Shown: positions 16,953-26,511 of the stretch, piece by piece | Layout: the number at the start of each line of letters is the position of its first letter | Numbering within the stretch: position 1 is the first letter of the stretch | From: a bacterium | Lineage (GTDB): Bacteria > Myxococcota_A > Bradymonadia > Bradymonadales > Bradymonadaceae | Assembly: GCA_030427705.1 (NCBI GenBank) | Contig: JAUIBR010000002.1 | Coordinates: forward strand, 1-28,630 | DNA: 28,630 bases | Direction: 5' to 3' | Notes under the pieces: generated by a model | Told to the model about the DNA's origin: nothing | The model's database searches: none | Seen by the model: the letters and a program-made list of their open reading frames with translations, nothing else | Translations under genes and position numbers: made by a program

Positions 16953-17509
16953 TGCTCTCCTCCGACCTCGGGAATCATCTCGCAGAATGGCTCAGTTGCG
17001 GGCATTGCCGGATCTGGCTCAGTACCAGGCTCCGAGTTACATGCGCCGCGGTCATCACCCAGCTCGATAGTAGTGCACTGCCCATCGCCATAACAGGTCT
17101 GGCCAATGGGACAGCTAATACGCAGGCACGACCGGGTAATGCCCATCGAAATCGAGATATCATCGCCTTCTTCGGCGTTCAATCGGCGCTCAAAGGTGGA
17201 AACAACCGCGCCACCTTTCAAACCTTGAAGGACGACCCACCCATCGGGCGGAACCTCAGTGAAATTGAATGACGTTGGAAGTGAAGTAACCTTTTCTTCG
17301 CCGTTAACACACGTGGCCAAATCTTCGGCGCCGTCCACCTCGATGTTCGCGCGTTCGGAGTCGTAGATCAGAACTTTGTAGCCATCGACCTCAAGCGGAA
17401 TCTCGACATCACCGCAAACCTCAAGGTTGAGATTCGCTCCCTCGGCAAAACACCCTGTCAGCGACCACGCAAACAGCATCAGCCCGAGGGTCAATACGCG
17501 CATTTTCAT
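16949..17509 (-). CDS. Cys-rich lipoprotein (first gene of minus-strand operon)
   Basis: The signal peptide with lipobox is MKMRVLTLGLMLFAWSLTGCF. The mature part has 9 Cys (..RSCLRISCPIGQTCYGDGQC..). AGGAAA lies upstream of the ATG. There is a 4-nt overlap with the next gene. Confidence 0.7.
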   Translation of the reverse strand: MKMRVLTLGLMLFAWSLTGCFAEGANLNLEVCGDVEIPLEVDGYKVLIYDSERANIEVDGAEDLATCVNGEEKVTSLPTSFNFTEVPPDGWVVLQGLKGGAVVSTFERRLNAEEGDDISISMGITRSCLRISCPIGQTCYGDGQCTTIELGDDRGACNSEPGTEPDPAMPATEPFCEMIPEVGGEQ

Positions 17510-17590
17510 TCTGGATTTCCTGATATTGACATCGGCTCCAGATTAGCAACAACGCTGACACGCCGCAATGCGCGCTTGCGGGCCAAATTA

Positions 17591-18721
17591 CTAGAGAAAT
17601 GACAAGGGTTGATGACCCAAGGACTCTCCGCCTAACCAACGTTTCGAAAGTGTCGCATACACCCGCCGATAGTCTGTTGTGAACTTCAGGTCGCCTGCGT
17701 CCAGGTCGGTCAACGATGGTGTCTCTCCAAACACACCGCCCTTCACGGTTCCGCCCAACACAAACAGAGGCGCGGCGGTACCGTGATCCGTACCCCTTCC
17801 AGCATTCTCTTTCACCCGCCGTCCGAACTCGCTGTATGTCGCCACGACGACTTCGTTCCACCTGCCATACGTCTGCAGGCTCTTCGCGAATGCAGCCAGA
17901 TTCTGACCAACATCCGTCAGCAGACGGCTGTGCTTTTTAGGTTGCTGTGCATGCGTGTCGAATCCTGACAGCTGCACTTTCACGACCGTCAAGGGCACGC
18001 CTGCGCCCAGCATCTGCGCGGTCATCTGTAACCCACGCCCGAGAGACGACTTCGTAAAGTCTCCATTCGGCGACTTCGAGGGCCCTACCCGCTCTTGAAT
18101 GCTCGCGATCGAACCAACCAGGTCATTCTGTGTCTGAATTACGTGGGCGAGCGCCGGGTTCTCTGTTTTCACGTCAACTCGTCGTAGGCGTTGTCCGTGC
18201 CGAAACAACTGCTGCGGCGACTCGACGGTCAATGCGGACACTCCCCGAAGCGGACCATCCTCACCGGCACCCGCGATCATGGCACCAGGCAGCGGCCCAA
18301 CGCCGTCTGGCAATGCCGAAGATAGCCAACCATCATGCAGATACTCGTTGGAGTCCGACGCCGTTTCCCAAATCTCAATCGACCGGAAATGGCTCCGATT
18401 GGGGTTGGGATATCCAACGCCCTCGACCACCGCGAGGTGCCCCTCATCCCAAAGCGGACGAAGTGGATTCAGTGTGGCGTTGAGGTACGGGCCCTTGTCC
18501 AACCGAATCACCTCTGACTTTGATAGGGCGAGATTTGGGCGCAGGCGCTTGTAGGTTGGGTCTTCGAACGGCACGACGGTATTCAGGCCGTCGTTTCCGC
18601 CCTTCAATTCCACCAGTACCAACGTGCGGCCGTGGGTCTTCTCCATCGCCCACATCGTCCCGGGGGCCAGAAGCGTCAATCCAGCCAGGGAAGACAGTTG
18701 CAGAAATTCTCGTCGTTTCAT
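17591..18721 (-). CDS. DUF1501 family protein (alkaline-phosphatase/sulfatase-like fold), Tat-secreted
   Basis: The twin-arginine signal is MKRREFLQLSSLAGLTLLAPGTMWA. Family-typical segments are present (..VVEGVGYPNPNRSHF.., ..GTDHGTAAPLFVLGG..). Confidence 0.85.
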   Translation of the reverse strand: MKRREFLQLSSLAGLTLLAPGTMWAMEKTHGRTLVLVELKGGNDGLNTVVPFEDPTYKRLRPNLALSKSEVIRLDKGPYLNATLNPLRPLWDEGHLAVVEGVGYPNPNRSHFRSIEIWETASDSNEYLHDGWLSSALPDGVGPLPGAMIAGAGEDGPLRGVSALTVESPQQLFRHGQRLRRVDVKTENPALAHVIQTQNDLVGSIASIQERVGPSKSPNGDFTKSSLGRGLQMTAQMLGAGVPLTVVKVQLSGFDTHAQQPKKHSRLLTDVGQNLAAFAKSLQTYGRWNEVVVATYSEFGRRVKENAGRGTDHGTAAPLFVLGGTVKGGVFGETPSLTDLDAGDLKFTTDYRRVYATLSKRWLGGESLGHQPLSFL

Positions 18722-18731
18722 TTTTGTCTCC

Positions 18732-20057
18732 TCAAGCTAATTGGAACACGGGATCGAGCAAAAGTTCGCCAAGCTCGTATTGTCCGAGGTTAGCTGAATC
18801 AGTTTGGACCGGCGGCGACGGCAGCAAAACGCGTGCACATTCAGACCGAACTTGGGCCGTCGGCACGCCAAGCCAGGCAGCGGGGTCGTCGGCCGCGGTG
18901 CTGTCCAACTGGCGGACTCGCGAGGCAATCAGCTGTCGCCGAAGCAGAGAGGATGCATCGATCCAGGCCGGGCCCTGCTTCCAGCCCTTAACGTTGGGTG
19001 GCGAAAAGACATCCTGTCCCAGGTCTCGGCACGCCTTCACCATTAACTTCGGGTTTTCGAGGCGCAGCCCCAAGACCCGCACCAGACCGACCACGAACTC
19101 AACCGGGCTCTTCACACGTGTCCCGCGGTTTGCATCTGCCCAGAATTCCTTCGAACTAAGAATTGCAGACACCAACGGACGAATTTCGAAGTCACGTCGG
19201 AAACCGTTCACCAGTTTTCGTCTTTGTTCTGTGGGGATCGGAGTCGTGATGAATTCAGCCCAGAGTTTTTCGACGATCATCGGCCCGAACTCCCGCCGCT
19301 TCAGGATGATCTCGATGACATCACCACCACTGAGGTCACCCGTCGTCCCCAGAACAGTCTTCGAGCCAGAGTCGTGTTGAAACCGACGAAACTTGAACTC
19401 GCCCGTGAGCTTCTGAGTCGACCAACCGGTGAAGGCTCGCGCTGCCTCTTTGATGTCGCGCTCGGTGTATCCGGCGCCCTCCCCTAACGTGAAGAGCTCC
19501 ATCAACTCACGCGCGAAGTTCTCGTTCGGACTCTTGCGGCGATTTTGTTGGGTATCCAGATAGAGGATCATCGCGGCATCTTTCGAAACCGCGTGGACAA
19601 AATCGCGGAAATTGCCAGCCGCATGTTCACGCAGCATCCGGTTTTGCTGGTACAAGAACACAGGACGTCTGACTTTTTGCATGCTGGTCACAAAGTGATT
19701 GTGCCAGAACAAAGTCAACCGCTCGGTCAGCGCCGACGGCGTCTGCACCATCTCATCGAGCCACCAAGTCTTCAGGTCAATCGCCCGCGTCCGAAGCAAC
19801 ATCTGAACCGCCTTCTTGTCTCCCATCAACATCTTGAGTTTTCGCCGTGGCGGTAGCGGTTTGTGGACCCATTCAGGTGGCTTCGTGTGAGGCTGAAGCT
19901 TCAAGCCATCGATGGCCTCAACAACCGCTTGCGCTCGCGATTTACTGGCCAACTGCCGAATCTCAGCCGGTGTTCCGCCAAAGCCAGTTCGGCTCAGAAA
20001 GTGCCTCGCATCCTCAAATCCCATCGCTCGCATAACCACCTCGTTCATGAGGGCCAT
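18732..20057 (-). CDS. DUF1800 family protein
   Basis: Family-typical segments are ..LFWHNHF.., ..NENFARELMELFTLGEGAGYTERDIKEAARAFTGW... It lies 10 nt upstream of the DUF1501 gene. That is the usual pairing of these families (established knowledge). Confidence 0.85.
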   Translation of the reverse strand: MALMNEVVMRAMGFEDARHFLSRTGFGGTPAEIRQLASKSRAQAVVEAIDGLKLQPHTKPPEWVHKPLPPRRKLKMLMGDKKAVQMLLRTRAIDLKTWWLDEMVQTPSALTERLTLFWHNHFVTSMQKVRRPVFLYQQNRMLREHAAGNFRDFVHAVSKDAAMILYLDTQQNRRKSPNENFARELMELFTLGEGAGYTERDIKEAARAFTGWSTQKLTGEFKFRRFQHDSGSKTVLGTTGDLSGGDVIEIILKRREFGPMIVEKLWAEFITTPIPTEQRRKLVNGFRRDFEIRPLVSAILSSKEFWADANRGTRVKSPVEFVVGLVRVLGLRLENPKLMVKACRDLGQDVFSPPNVKGWKQGPAWIDASSLLRRQLIASRVRQLDSTAADDPAAWLGVPTAQVRSECARVLLPSPPVQTDSANLGQYELGELLLDPVFQLA

Positions 20058-20134
20058 TCGGCCGGTTCATGCCTTAGTGGCAACCGCGAGCGCCTTTGTA
20101 TGACAAGAATCTTGGAATCGAGCGCAAATCGAGA

Positions 20135-21253
20135 CTAGATGCGGCCAAGCGCTGCAACCAATCCATCGATTTGCGCGTCTGAGTGTGCTGCCGAAAGCGC
20201 GATCCGAAGTCGCGACGTTCCTTCTGGGACCGTTGGCGGGCGGATAGCAATCACGTGAAACCCATCCTGCGCCAGACCTTGAGCTGCAGACAGTGCGCGC
20301 GCTTCTTCGTTCAAGACGACCGGCACAATCGGTGTCGCGACTTCCCTGTCCAATGCGTTAGACAAACGGTCCATGTTTCGAAACAGGCTCTCGCGATGCA
20401 TTGGTTCCTGACGCGAAACCCGCACAGCGGCGCGGGCCGCCTCAACCACCGGGACCGGTGTCGCGGTTGAGAACACGAAGGGTCGTGCGCGGTTTAACAA
20501 CAGGTCGATCCACACCTGAGGCCCAGCGACGAATCCACCGTGTGCACCCGCAGCCTTGCTTAATGTGCCGATATGCAGGTCAACGTGTTTTGAGAACTCG
20601 CCCGCGCTGCCATTTTCGAAGACCAAAAAACCATGCGCGTCATCAACAACTAATAATGCGTCGAACCGCGCCTTCAGCTCCACCAATTTCGCGTAGGGAG
20701 CGATGTCGCCATCCATTGAGAACACCCCGTCCGACACGATGACCTTTCGTTGGGCGGTGGATTGGTCCAACGCCGTTTCCAACTCGGTCATATCGGCATG
20801 GGGGTACACGGTGACTTTGGCGCCACGACGCTTCGCCAACGAAAGCCCATCGATGATTGAGGCGTGGTTCAAACTGTCGGAAAAGAACTCGACATCTTCG
20901 GCAGCGAGAGCCGTCAACACACCAAGATTGGCGGCGAAGCCAGTGGGAAACAAGAGCGATGCTTCGCAGCCTTTGGCCTCAGCAAGTTCAAGTTGCAGGG
21001 CCTCATGTGAGTCCGTGAAACCACAGATCAACGCCGAACCACGAGGTCCGGAGCCCTTTGCTTCATGGTAGGCCGTAACGACCTCTGGGTGATTGGACAA
21101 CCCGAGGTAGTCATTGGACGAGAAAAGCACCAACGGACGCCCTTCCCGCACGACATCAACTGTTCCCGTTTGCGTCACAGGATGCAACGCACGGCGTAGA
21201 TTGCGTCTGTCGATGTCGGCAAGGCTTGCGCGAACCCAGTCGTCCCAGCTCAT
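20135..21253 (-). CDS. bioF: 8-amino-7-oxononanoate synthase
   Basis: It is a PLP-dependent alpha-oxoamine synthase fold with the Lys motif ..HIGTLSKAAGAHGGFVAG... It is the last gene of a bioB-A-D-F run and has a 4-nt overlap with bioD. Confidence 0.8.
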   Translation of the reverse strand: MSWDDWVRASLADIDRRNLRRALHPVTQTGTVDVVREGRPLVLFSSNDYLGLSNHPEVVTAYHEAKGSGPRGSALICGFTDSHEALQLELAEAKGCEASLLFPTGFAANLGVLTALAAEDVEFFSDSLNHASIIDGLSLAKRRGAKVTVYPHADMTELETALDQSTAQRKVIVSDGVFSMDGDIAPYAKLVELKARFDALLVVDDAHGFLVFENGSAGEFSKHVDLHIGTLSKAAGAHGGFVAGPQVWIDLLLNRARPFVFSTATPVPVVEAARAAVRVSRQEPMHRESLFRNMDRLSNALDREVATPIVPVVLNEEARALSAAQGLAQDGFHVIAIRPPTVPEGTSRLRIALSAAHSDAQIDGLVAALGRI

Positions 21254-21918
21254 TCGACGATCCAGTCGATGACCTTTTCCATTAATGGGGCCGCCATCTC
21301 CCAGCTCTTCATGCCGGGAACAGCCGCGATCCGTTCGAAATTTGTGAAACGAGCCAGCGCCGTCGCATTTCGTCCGGTGGACCGATCGGACTCCGAAGGC
21401 GCGCTGAACACGACGGCCGCCAGCGGGACATCATTCGCCTCCAGAACCTGCATCGACAACATCGTGTGGTTCAACGTGCCGAGCTTGTCGCTTGCCACCA
21501 ACACCACCTTCGCATCGAGTTTCTGCGCCATCGAAAGCGCGGTCTCTTTCCAGGTCAGCGGTGAAAGCAATCCACCCGCACCCTCGACCAACACGATGTC
21601 GCAAGTTCGGGCATAACCTCGGATCACGCCAATCCATCGGCCAAACTCGAGCTTCACCTTTTCCAGATCTGCTGCATCAGGTGGGGCAAGGGGAGCCTTC
21701 AATCGTTGAAGCGCTTCAGTGGGTTGCTCTTGCAGCGTACCCATCGCCAGAATGCGGCCATCTTCTTCATCCGTGACCTCGCCGACCCGACCGCTCTCGA
21801 CAGGTTTAATCGCGACCGTTTTGTAGCCGCGTTCGGCGAACGCACGACCAAGTGCTGCGCCAACAAACGTCTTTCCAACTTCCGTGTCCGTCCCCGAGAT
21901 GACCACGATTTGAGCCAT
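21250..21918 (-). CDS. bioD: dethiobiotin synthetase
   Basis: The N-terminal P-loop is MAQIVVISGTDTEVGKTFV, the classic BioD motif GTDTxVGKT. There is a 1-nt overlap with the bioA stop. Confidence 0.9.
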   Translation of the reverse strand: MAQIVVISGTDTEVGKTFVGAALGRAFAERGYKTVAIKPVESGRVGEVTDEEDGRILAMGTLQEQPTEALQRLKAPLAPPDAADLEKVKLEFGRWIGVIRGYARTCDIVLVEGAGGLLSPLTWKETALSMAQKLDAKVVLVASDKLGTLNHTMLSMQVLEANDVPLAAVVFSAPSESDRSTGRNATALARFTNFERIAAVPGMKSWEMAAPLMEKVIDWIVE

Positions 21919-23309
21919 TACGCCCCAAACTCAGTCTCGATGCCGTATCGCACGGCTTCAATCAGCGTGTGAATCTCGTCGTCGGTAATCGACAACGGGG
22001 GCATCAGGATTATCACGTCACCAAGTGGACGTAGGAAGACGCCCTTCTCTCGTGCGTGTGCGCAGACTTTCATGCCTCGACGTTCGGAGCTTTCGAAGGC
22101 GCTGAATCCATCCTCGGCAACCAGCTCAATCCCGGCCGCCAACCCGTAGGTGCGAACATCGCCAACATGTTTTAGGCCAACCAATCCGGTCAGGCCTTCA
22201 TTGAGGATATCGATTTTTCGGCGCACCTCGGCCAAGACGTCCTCTTTCTGGAAGATGTCCAAAACTGCCAACGCAGCTGCGCAGCCCAATGGATTCCCGG
22301 TGAACGTGTGGCCATGATAGAACGTGCGCGCCTCTTCAGGCTTGCCCAAAAAGGCCTCGTAGATCTTGTCGGAAGACATCGTCGCGGCGACAGGCAGATA
22401 GCCACCAGTCAACATCTTCGCCAGACACAAAAGGTCGGGTGTTACGCCTTCTTTCTGCGCGGCGAACATATGTCCCGAGCGCCCCATCCCCACGGCGACT
22501 TCGTCGAAAATGAGCAGGATATCCAGCTCGTCGCAAAGTGCGCGAAGCTTCTTAAAATAGCCGTCCGGGTAGGTAATCATCCCTCCCGCACCCTGGAACC
22601 CGGGCTCGATAATGACAGCGACCAGCTCCTCGGCATGCTCGCGCATTAGGCGCTCAATGGCATCGGTGCAGCCACCGCCACATTGGCGTCCAATCTGCGT
22701 CGGCCCATCAATGCCACAGGCCGCACAACGAAATGCATACGGCGAAGGTGCGCGAATCACGTCAAACAGCATCGGCCGGAAGCGGTCGTGGAATACATCC
22801 ACACCACCAACGCTCACCGCGCCAATCGTGTCACCGTTGTAGGCGTTGGCCAGCGCGAGGAATTTCGTCTTCTTTGGAGACGGGTTCTCGCGTTGCTGCA
22901 TGTATTGATACGCCATCTTCAGCGCGATCTCGGAAGCCGTAGAGCCGTTGTCCGAGAAGAACACTTTGTCCAGCCCCTGTGGCGCGATCTCGACCATCCG
23001 TTTCGCCAACAGGATCGACGGAACCGTCGCGTTGCCGAGCATCGTAGCGTGCGCAATCTTGTCTAGCTGCGCCCGAACAGCCGCGTCGATCTCAGGTCGA
23101 CGATGCCCGAACGTGTTGCACCAAATCGATGCGACACCATCCAGATACCGATTCCCATCGATGTCGATGAGGTAGTTGCCTTCCCCGCCTACGACGGTCA
23201 GCGGACGCTCGCTCCGATAAACGGAATGCGGCGTGAATGGATGCCAGACGTACTTGTCGTCCCAAGCTTCCAAAGTTTGTCGGTCGGGCGTTTCCAGAAA
23301 CTCAGACAT
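21918..23309 (-). CDS. bioA: adenosylmethionine-8-amino-7-oxononanoate aminotransferase
   Basis: It is a class-III PLP aminotransferase of 463 aa. Its position lies between bioB and bioD. Confidence 0.85.
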   Translation of the reverse strand: MSEFLETPDRQTLEAWDDKYVWHPFTPHSVYRSERPLTVVGGEGNYLIDIDGNRYLDGVASIWCNTFGHRRPEIDAAVRAQLDKIAHATMLGNATVPSILLAKRMVEIAPQGLDKVFFSDNGSTASEIALKMAYQYMQQRENPSPKKTKFLALANAYNGDTIGAVSVGGVDVFHDRFRPMLFDVIRAPSPYAFRCAACGIDGPTQIGRQCGGGCTDAIERLMREHAEELVAVIIEPGFQGAGGMITYPDGYFKKLRALCDELDILLIFDEVAVGMGRSGHMFAAQKEGVTPDLLCLAKMLTGGYLPVAATMSSDKIYEAFLGKPEEARTFYHGHTFTGNPLGCAAALAVLDIFQKEDVLAEVRRKIDILNEGLTGLVGLKHVGDVRTYGLAAGIELVAEDGFSAFESSERRGMKVCAHAREKGVFLRPLGDVIILMPPLSITDDEIHTLIEAVRYGIETEFGA

Positions 23310-23312
23310 ATC

Positions 23313-24293
23313 TTACGTCGCGTTAACAACAGCAGGTTCAAATCCGGCGTCCGTGATCATCCGATAGTCATCGGATGCATCCGCGCCAGGCGTCGTCAGG
23401 TAGCCGTTTGTGAAGATTGAGTTAGCCGCATAGAGCGCCAACGGCTGCATATGCTTGAGGGTAACCTCTCGGCCACCAGCAACGCGCACATCGGACTCAG
23501 GGTTGACGATCCGGAACACAGACAACGCGCGCAACGCCTCATGTGGCGTCAATCGGGGTTTCTCGTCCAACGGTGTTCCAGGGCGAGGGTCCAAGAAGTT
23601 CACTGGCACCGATTCGACGCCGATGTCACGCAGCGCAAACGCCAGCTCGACCCAGTCTTCAATCGTTTCGCCCATGCCCAGAATCCCGCCGCAGCACGCG
23701 CTCATGCCGGCTTCCTTGGCCGACTTCACCGTGTTGACGCGGTCTTCCCATTTGTGGGTGGAAACGATGGTCTCGAAGTGGCGCTTGGACGACTCAATAT
23801 TGTGGTTGTATCGGTCGACACCCGCATCCGCGAGCTTCTCGGCCTGACCGGGCTTGAGCAGACCCAAAGACGAGCAAATGCCCATGGTCGGGAACTCAGA
23901 TTTTATCTGCTTCACTGCTTCGCAGACCGTCGCAATCTCACGCGAGGACGGACCGCGCGTGCTGGTTACCATACAGTAAGTAACTGCACCTGAAGCGGCA
24001 GCCATGCGGGCGCCTTTGACCAACTCATCGACCGTCTGCATGCCATACTGTTCGACGTTAGTGTTGTACTTCATCGATTGGCTGCAGAACGAGCAATCTT
24101 CGGGGCAGACGCCGCTCTTCGCGTTCTGCAACACGTGGATTTTGACCGTCTTCCCATGGAAATGGCGGCGCACGCGATAGGCGGCGTCGAGCACTTCAAG
24201 AAGCTCGTCATCGCTTGATTTGGCGAAGGCAAACGCGTCCTCTCGGGTCGGCGTTTCTCCGGCGATGATCTTGTCTGCGATTTCTGCGTACAT
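23313..24293 (-). CDS. bioB: biotin synthase (radical SAM)
   Basis: It carries the CPEDCSFCSQS (CxxxCxxC) radical-SAM cluster motif. The ATG at 24293 is preferred over the track start at 24317 because AGAGGAG lies 5 nt upstream of it. Confidence 0.9.
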   Translation of the reverse strand: MYAEIADKIIAGETPTREDAFAFAKSSDDELLEVLDAAYRVRRHFHGKTVKIHVLQNAKSGVCPEDCSFCSQSMKYNTNVEQYGMQTVDELVKGARMAAASGAVTYCMVTSTRGPSSREIATVCEAVKQIKSEFPTMGICSSLGLLKPGQAEKLADAGVDRYNHNIESSKRHFETIVSTHKWEDRVNTVKSAKEAGMSACCGGILGMGETIEDWVELAFALRDIGVESVPVNFLDPRPGTPLDEKPRLTPHEALRALSVFRIVNPESDVRVAGGREVTLKHMQPLALYAANSIFTNGYLTTPGADASDDYRMITDAGFEPAVVNAT

Positions 24294-24354
24294 CTGGACT
24301 CCTCTAGCAACCCGCATTGATTACCAACACATCGCCCAGACATGAAGAACAATA

Positions 24355-26511
24355 TCAATCCGAGCCGAGATCGAGATACGGCAACAAGTTGGCGTAGGTA
24401 TCTGTCCAGACTGGGTCGCTGAGATCGGCGACCAGCTTCTTCCAGCGTGGATCGCGCCGCATGCGCTCAACCGCATCGTTAGACTTGCCGACGACCACCA
24501 CATCACTCTCACTCATGTTGAGCTCGTAGAAGTGTTTCTGCCGCAACCAGTGTTGCTGGCGAAATGCATCCAACTGACGTTCGTGAGCAAGGCGGGCCAC
24601 CAGCCGATCGAGGTAGAGGTATTTGTTCGACACGTGGAAGATCACAATCCCCCCAGGCTTCAGCTTCGACAGGTAGAGGTCGAACGCCTCTAGCGTGATC
24701 AAATGCACTGGGATCGAGTCTGAGTTGTACGCATCGAGCACGATCGCGGCGAGGCTGTTGTCCGGCACGTCGTTCAACAACAATCGCCCATCGCCGACGC
24801 GTACGTCACACGCCGTCCCGCAGGTATCCAGATACGTAAAATACTTGGGATTTGAGGCCAACTCGACCACCAACGGGTCGATCTCTAGAAGCAACATCTT
24901 GCGCTGTTTGCCACCGTAGGCCGCCAGCACTCCAGCGCCCAAACCGATGACCGCGATTTGTGACCCATCGTGGATGGAATTCACCATCTCGCCCATGGGC
25001 GACGTTGGGTGGTAATACGAGAGTGGAACGTCCTTGAGATCCTCACGCAAAGCCTGCGAGCCATGATTCGTCCACCCGTGGATGAGCGTGTGAAAGTCCG
25101 ACATCGACGTGTCTGATTTTACGACTCGATAGCTGCCATAGGCGCTTCGAACTTCGACAAGACTTTCGCTCCGTACGATCGGCGACGTGACGATCAGACA
25201 CGCGACCGCCATGGCGATTGGCGTGACCACCGGACGAACGAAATGCAGCACGAACGGCGCAGTCGCCAACAAAACCAGCGTTGCCATCCGAAACAGGTCG
25301 CCCATTGTGTCCCACGCGATCGTGAACACCAATGCAGTAGAGAGCACTGCTGCCAAGGCCAACGCGATGGTCTCTGCGCGGCCTTCCACATCCACCGATT
25401 TCACTAGCCAGGTCGTGCCCGTAGCCAGTGCCAATACAAGTGGATACTCGAAGTACGAGTCGAAGATGTTAGGAGCAATCAACGCATTGAAGATTCCGCC
25501 CAAGACGCCGCCGACGGACACCCAGATATAGAAGTCGGTCAGGTTCTGTGCTGCAGGCCGAATGGCATAGACCGCACCGTGGAACACCAAACAAACCGCG
25601 CTAAACGCTGCCAGGTGCAACAACAAGAGCAGCCAAATCGGGTCGCGCAAATGGGTCGCGATGACCGCGATCAGGATGTAGAGCAATGCAGTCGTTAGCC
25701 CCACAAATCGCCGCGACACTGGCCATTCACTTCCGCCAAAAGCGACGATGAAGGACACCAAGTACAACATCAAAGGCACCACCCAAAGCAGTGGGACACT
25801 CGCAATGTCAGCGGTGATGTACTGCGTCACTCCCAGCAGAAGTGATGATGGGATAAACGCCAGGCCTACCCATTTCGCCCGCCGGCGCCACTCCACCGTT
25901 TCGGCGTCCACTGCTTTGTCGACGGCTGTTCGGGGCGCTTTGAAGGCTACAGCGGCCGTCAACACGATGAGCCCGATATACCCCAGACTCCACACCAATC
26001 CCTGTCGCTCCAGGTCGAACAGGGGCTCCAAAATCAGCGGATACGCAAACAACGCAAGTAAGCTTCCGGCGTTGCTGGCCGCGTATAGAAGATAGGGATT
26101 ATCGGCATCATCAGCATCCGTCGCCGCATACCAGCGCTGCAGCATGGGTGCGCTTGCAGAGACGATGAAGAACGGCAGCCCGACGTGGATCGCGAGGGTC
26201 GCCACCACCGAAAGACTCGGCGAATCGAAGTATTGAACACCATCCGGGGATATGAACAACGGAAACGCGACGAGCCCGCACAGCATCAGCCCCAAGTGTA
26301 CGAACGGCTGACGTTCTACCCCCAACCAACGAATCGAAAAGTGCGCGTAGACATAACCAAGCAGCAACAGAGCTTGGTAGAACACCATTGCCGAGTTCCA
26401 GACGAGGGCAGACCCACCAAACGATGGAAGAATCATGCGGCCGGCCATCGGCTGGACCACAAACAGCAGGAGTGCGGCGACGAAGACTGTGATGGCGAAC
26501 AGACGCTTCAC
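24355..26511 (-). CDS. fused polytopic membrane domain / spermidine-synthase-like (class-I SAM-dependent aminopropyltransferase fold) protein
   Basis: It is 718 aa. The N-terminal ~460 aa hold about 12 hydrophobic helices. The C-terminus has a spermidine-synthase-like core (..IAVIGLGAGVLAAYGG..LLLEIDPLVV..DVRVGDGRLLL..LAAIVLDAYNSDSIPVHLITLEAFDLYLSKLKPGGIVIFHV..). It lies 37 nt upstream of the bioB region. Confidence 0.65.
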   Translation of the reverse strand: MKRLFAITVFVAALLLFVVQPMAGRMILPSFGGSALVWNSAMVFYQALLLLGYVYAHFSIRWLGVERQPFVHLGLMLCGLVAFPLFISPDGVQYFDSPSLSVVATLAIHVGLPFFIVSASAPMLQRWYAATDADDADNPYLLYAASNAGSLLALFAYPLILEPLFDLERQGLVWSLGYIGLIVLTAAVAFKAPRTAVDKAVDAETVEWRRRAKWVGLAFIPSSLLLGVTQYITADIASVPLLWVVPLMLYLVSFIVAFGGSEWPVSRRFVGLTTALLYILIAVIATHLRDPIWLLLLLHLAAFSAVCLVFHGAVYAIRPAAQNLTDFYIWVSVGGVLGGIFNALIAPNIFDSYFEYPLVLALATGTTWLVKSVDVEGRAETIALALAAVLSTALVFTIAWDTMGDLFRMATLVLLATAPFVLHFVRPVVTPIAMAVACLIVTSPIVRSESLVEVRSAYGSYRVVKSDTSMSDFHTLIHGWTNHGSQALREDLKDVPLSYYHPTSPMGEMVNSIHDGSQIAVIGLGAGVLAAYGGKQRKMLLLEIDPLVVELASNPKYFTYLDTCGTACDVRVGDGRLLLNDVPDNSLAAIVLDAYNSDSIPVHLITLEAFDLYLSKLKPGGIVIFHVSNKYLYLDRLVARLAHERQLDAFRQQHWLRQKHFYELNMSESDVVVVGKSNDAVERMRRDPRWKKLVADLSDPVWTDTYANLLPYLDLGSD

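Noticed and set aside
18520-19380. 286-aa + strand ORF
   Set aside because: It is antisense to the DUF1800 gene, whose product has clear family motifs. The + frame is Arg/Ser/Pro-rich with no recognisable features.
24294-24317. Upstream ATG (24317) as bioB start
   Set aside because: It has no Shine-Dalgarno. The internal ATG at 24293 is preceded by AGAGGAG at 5-nt spacing.
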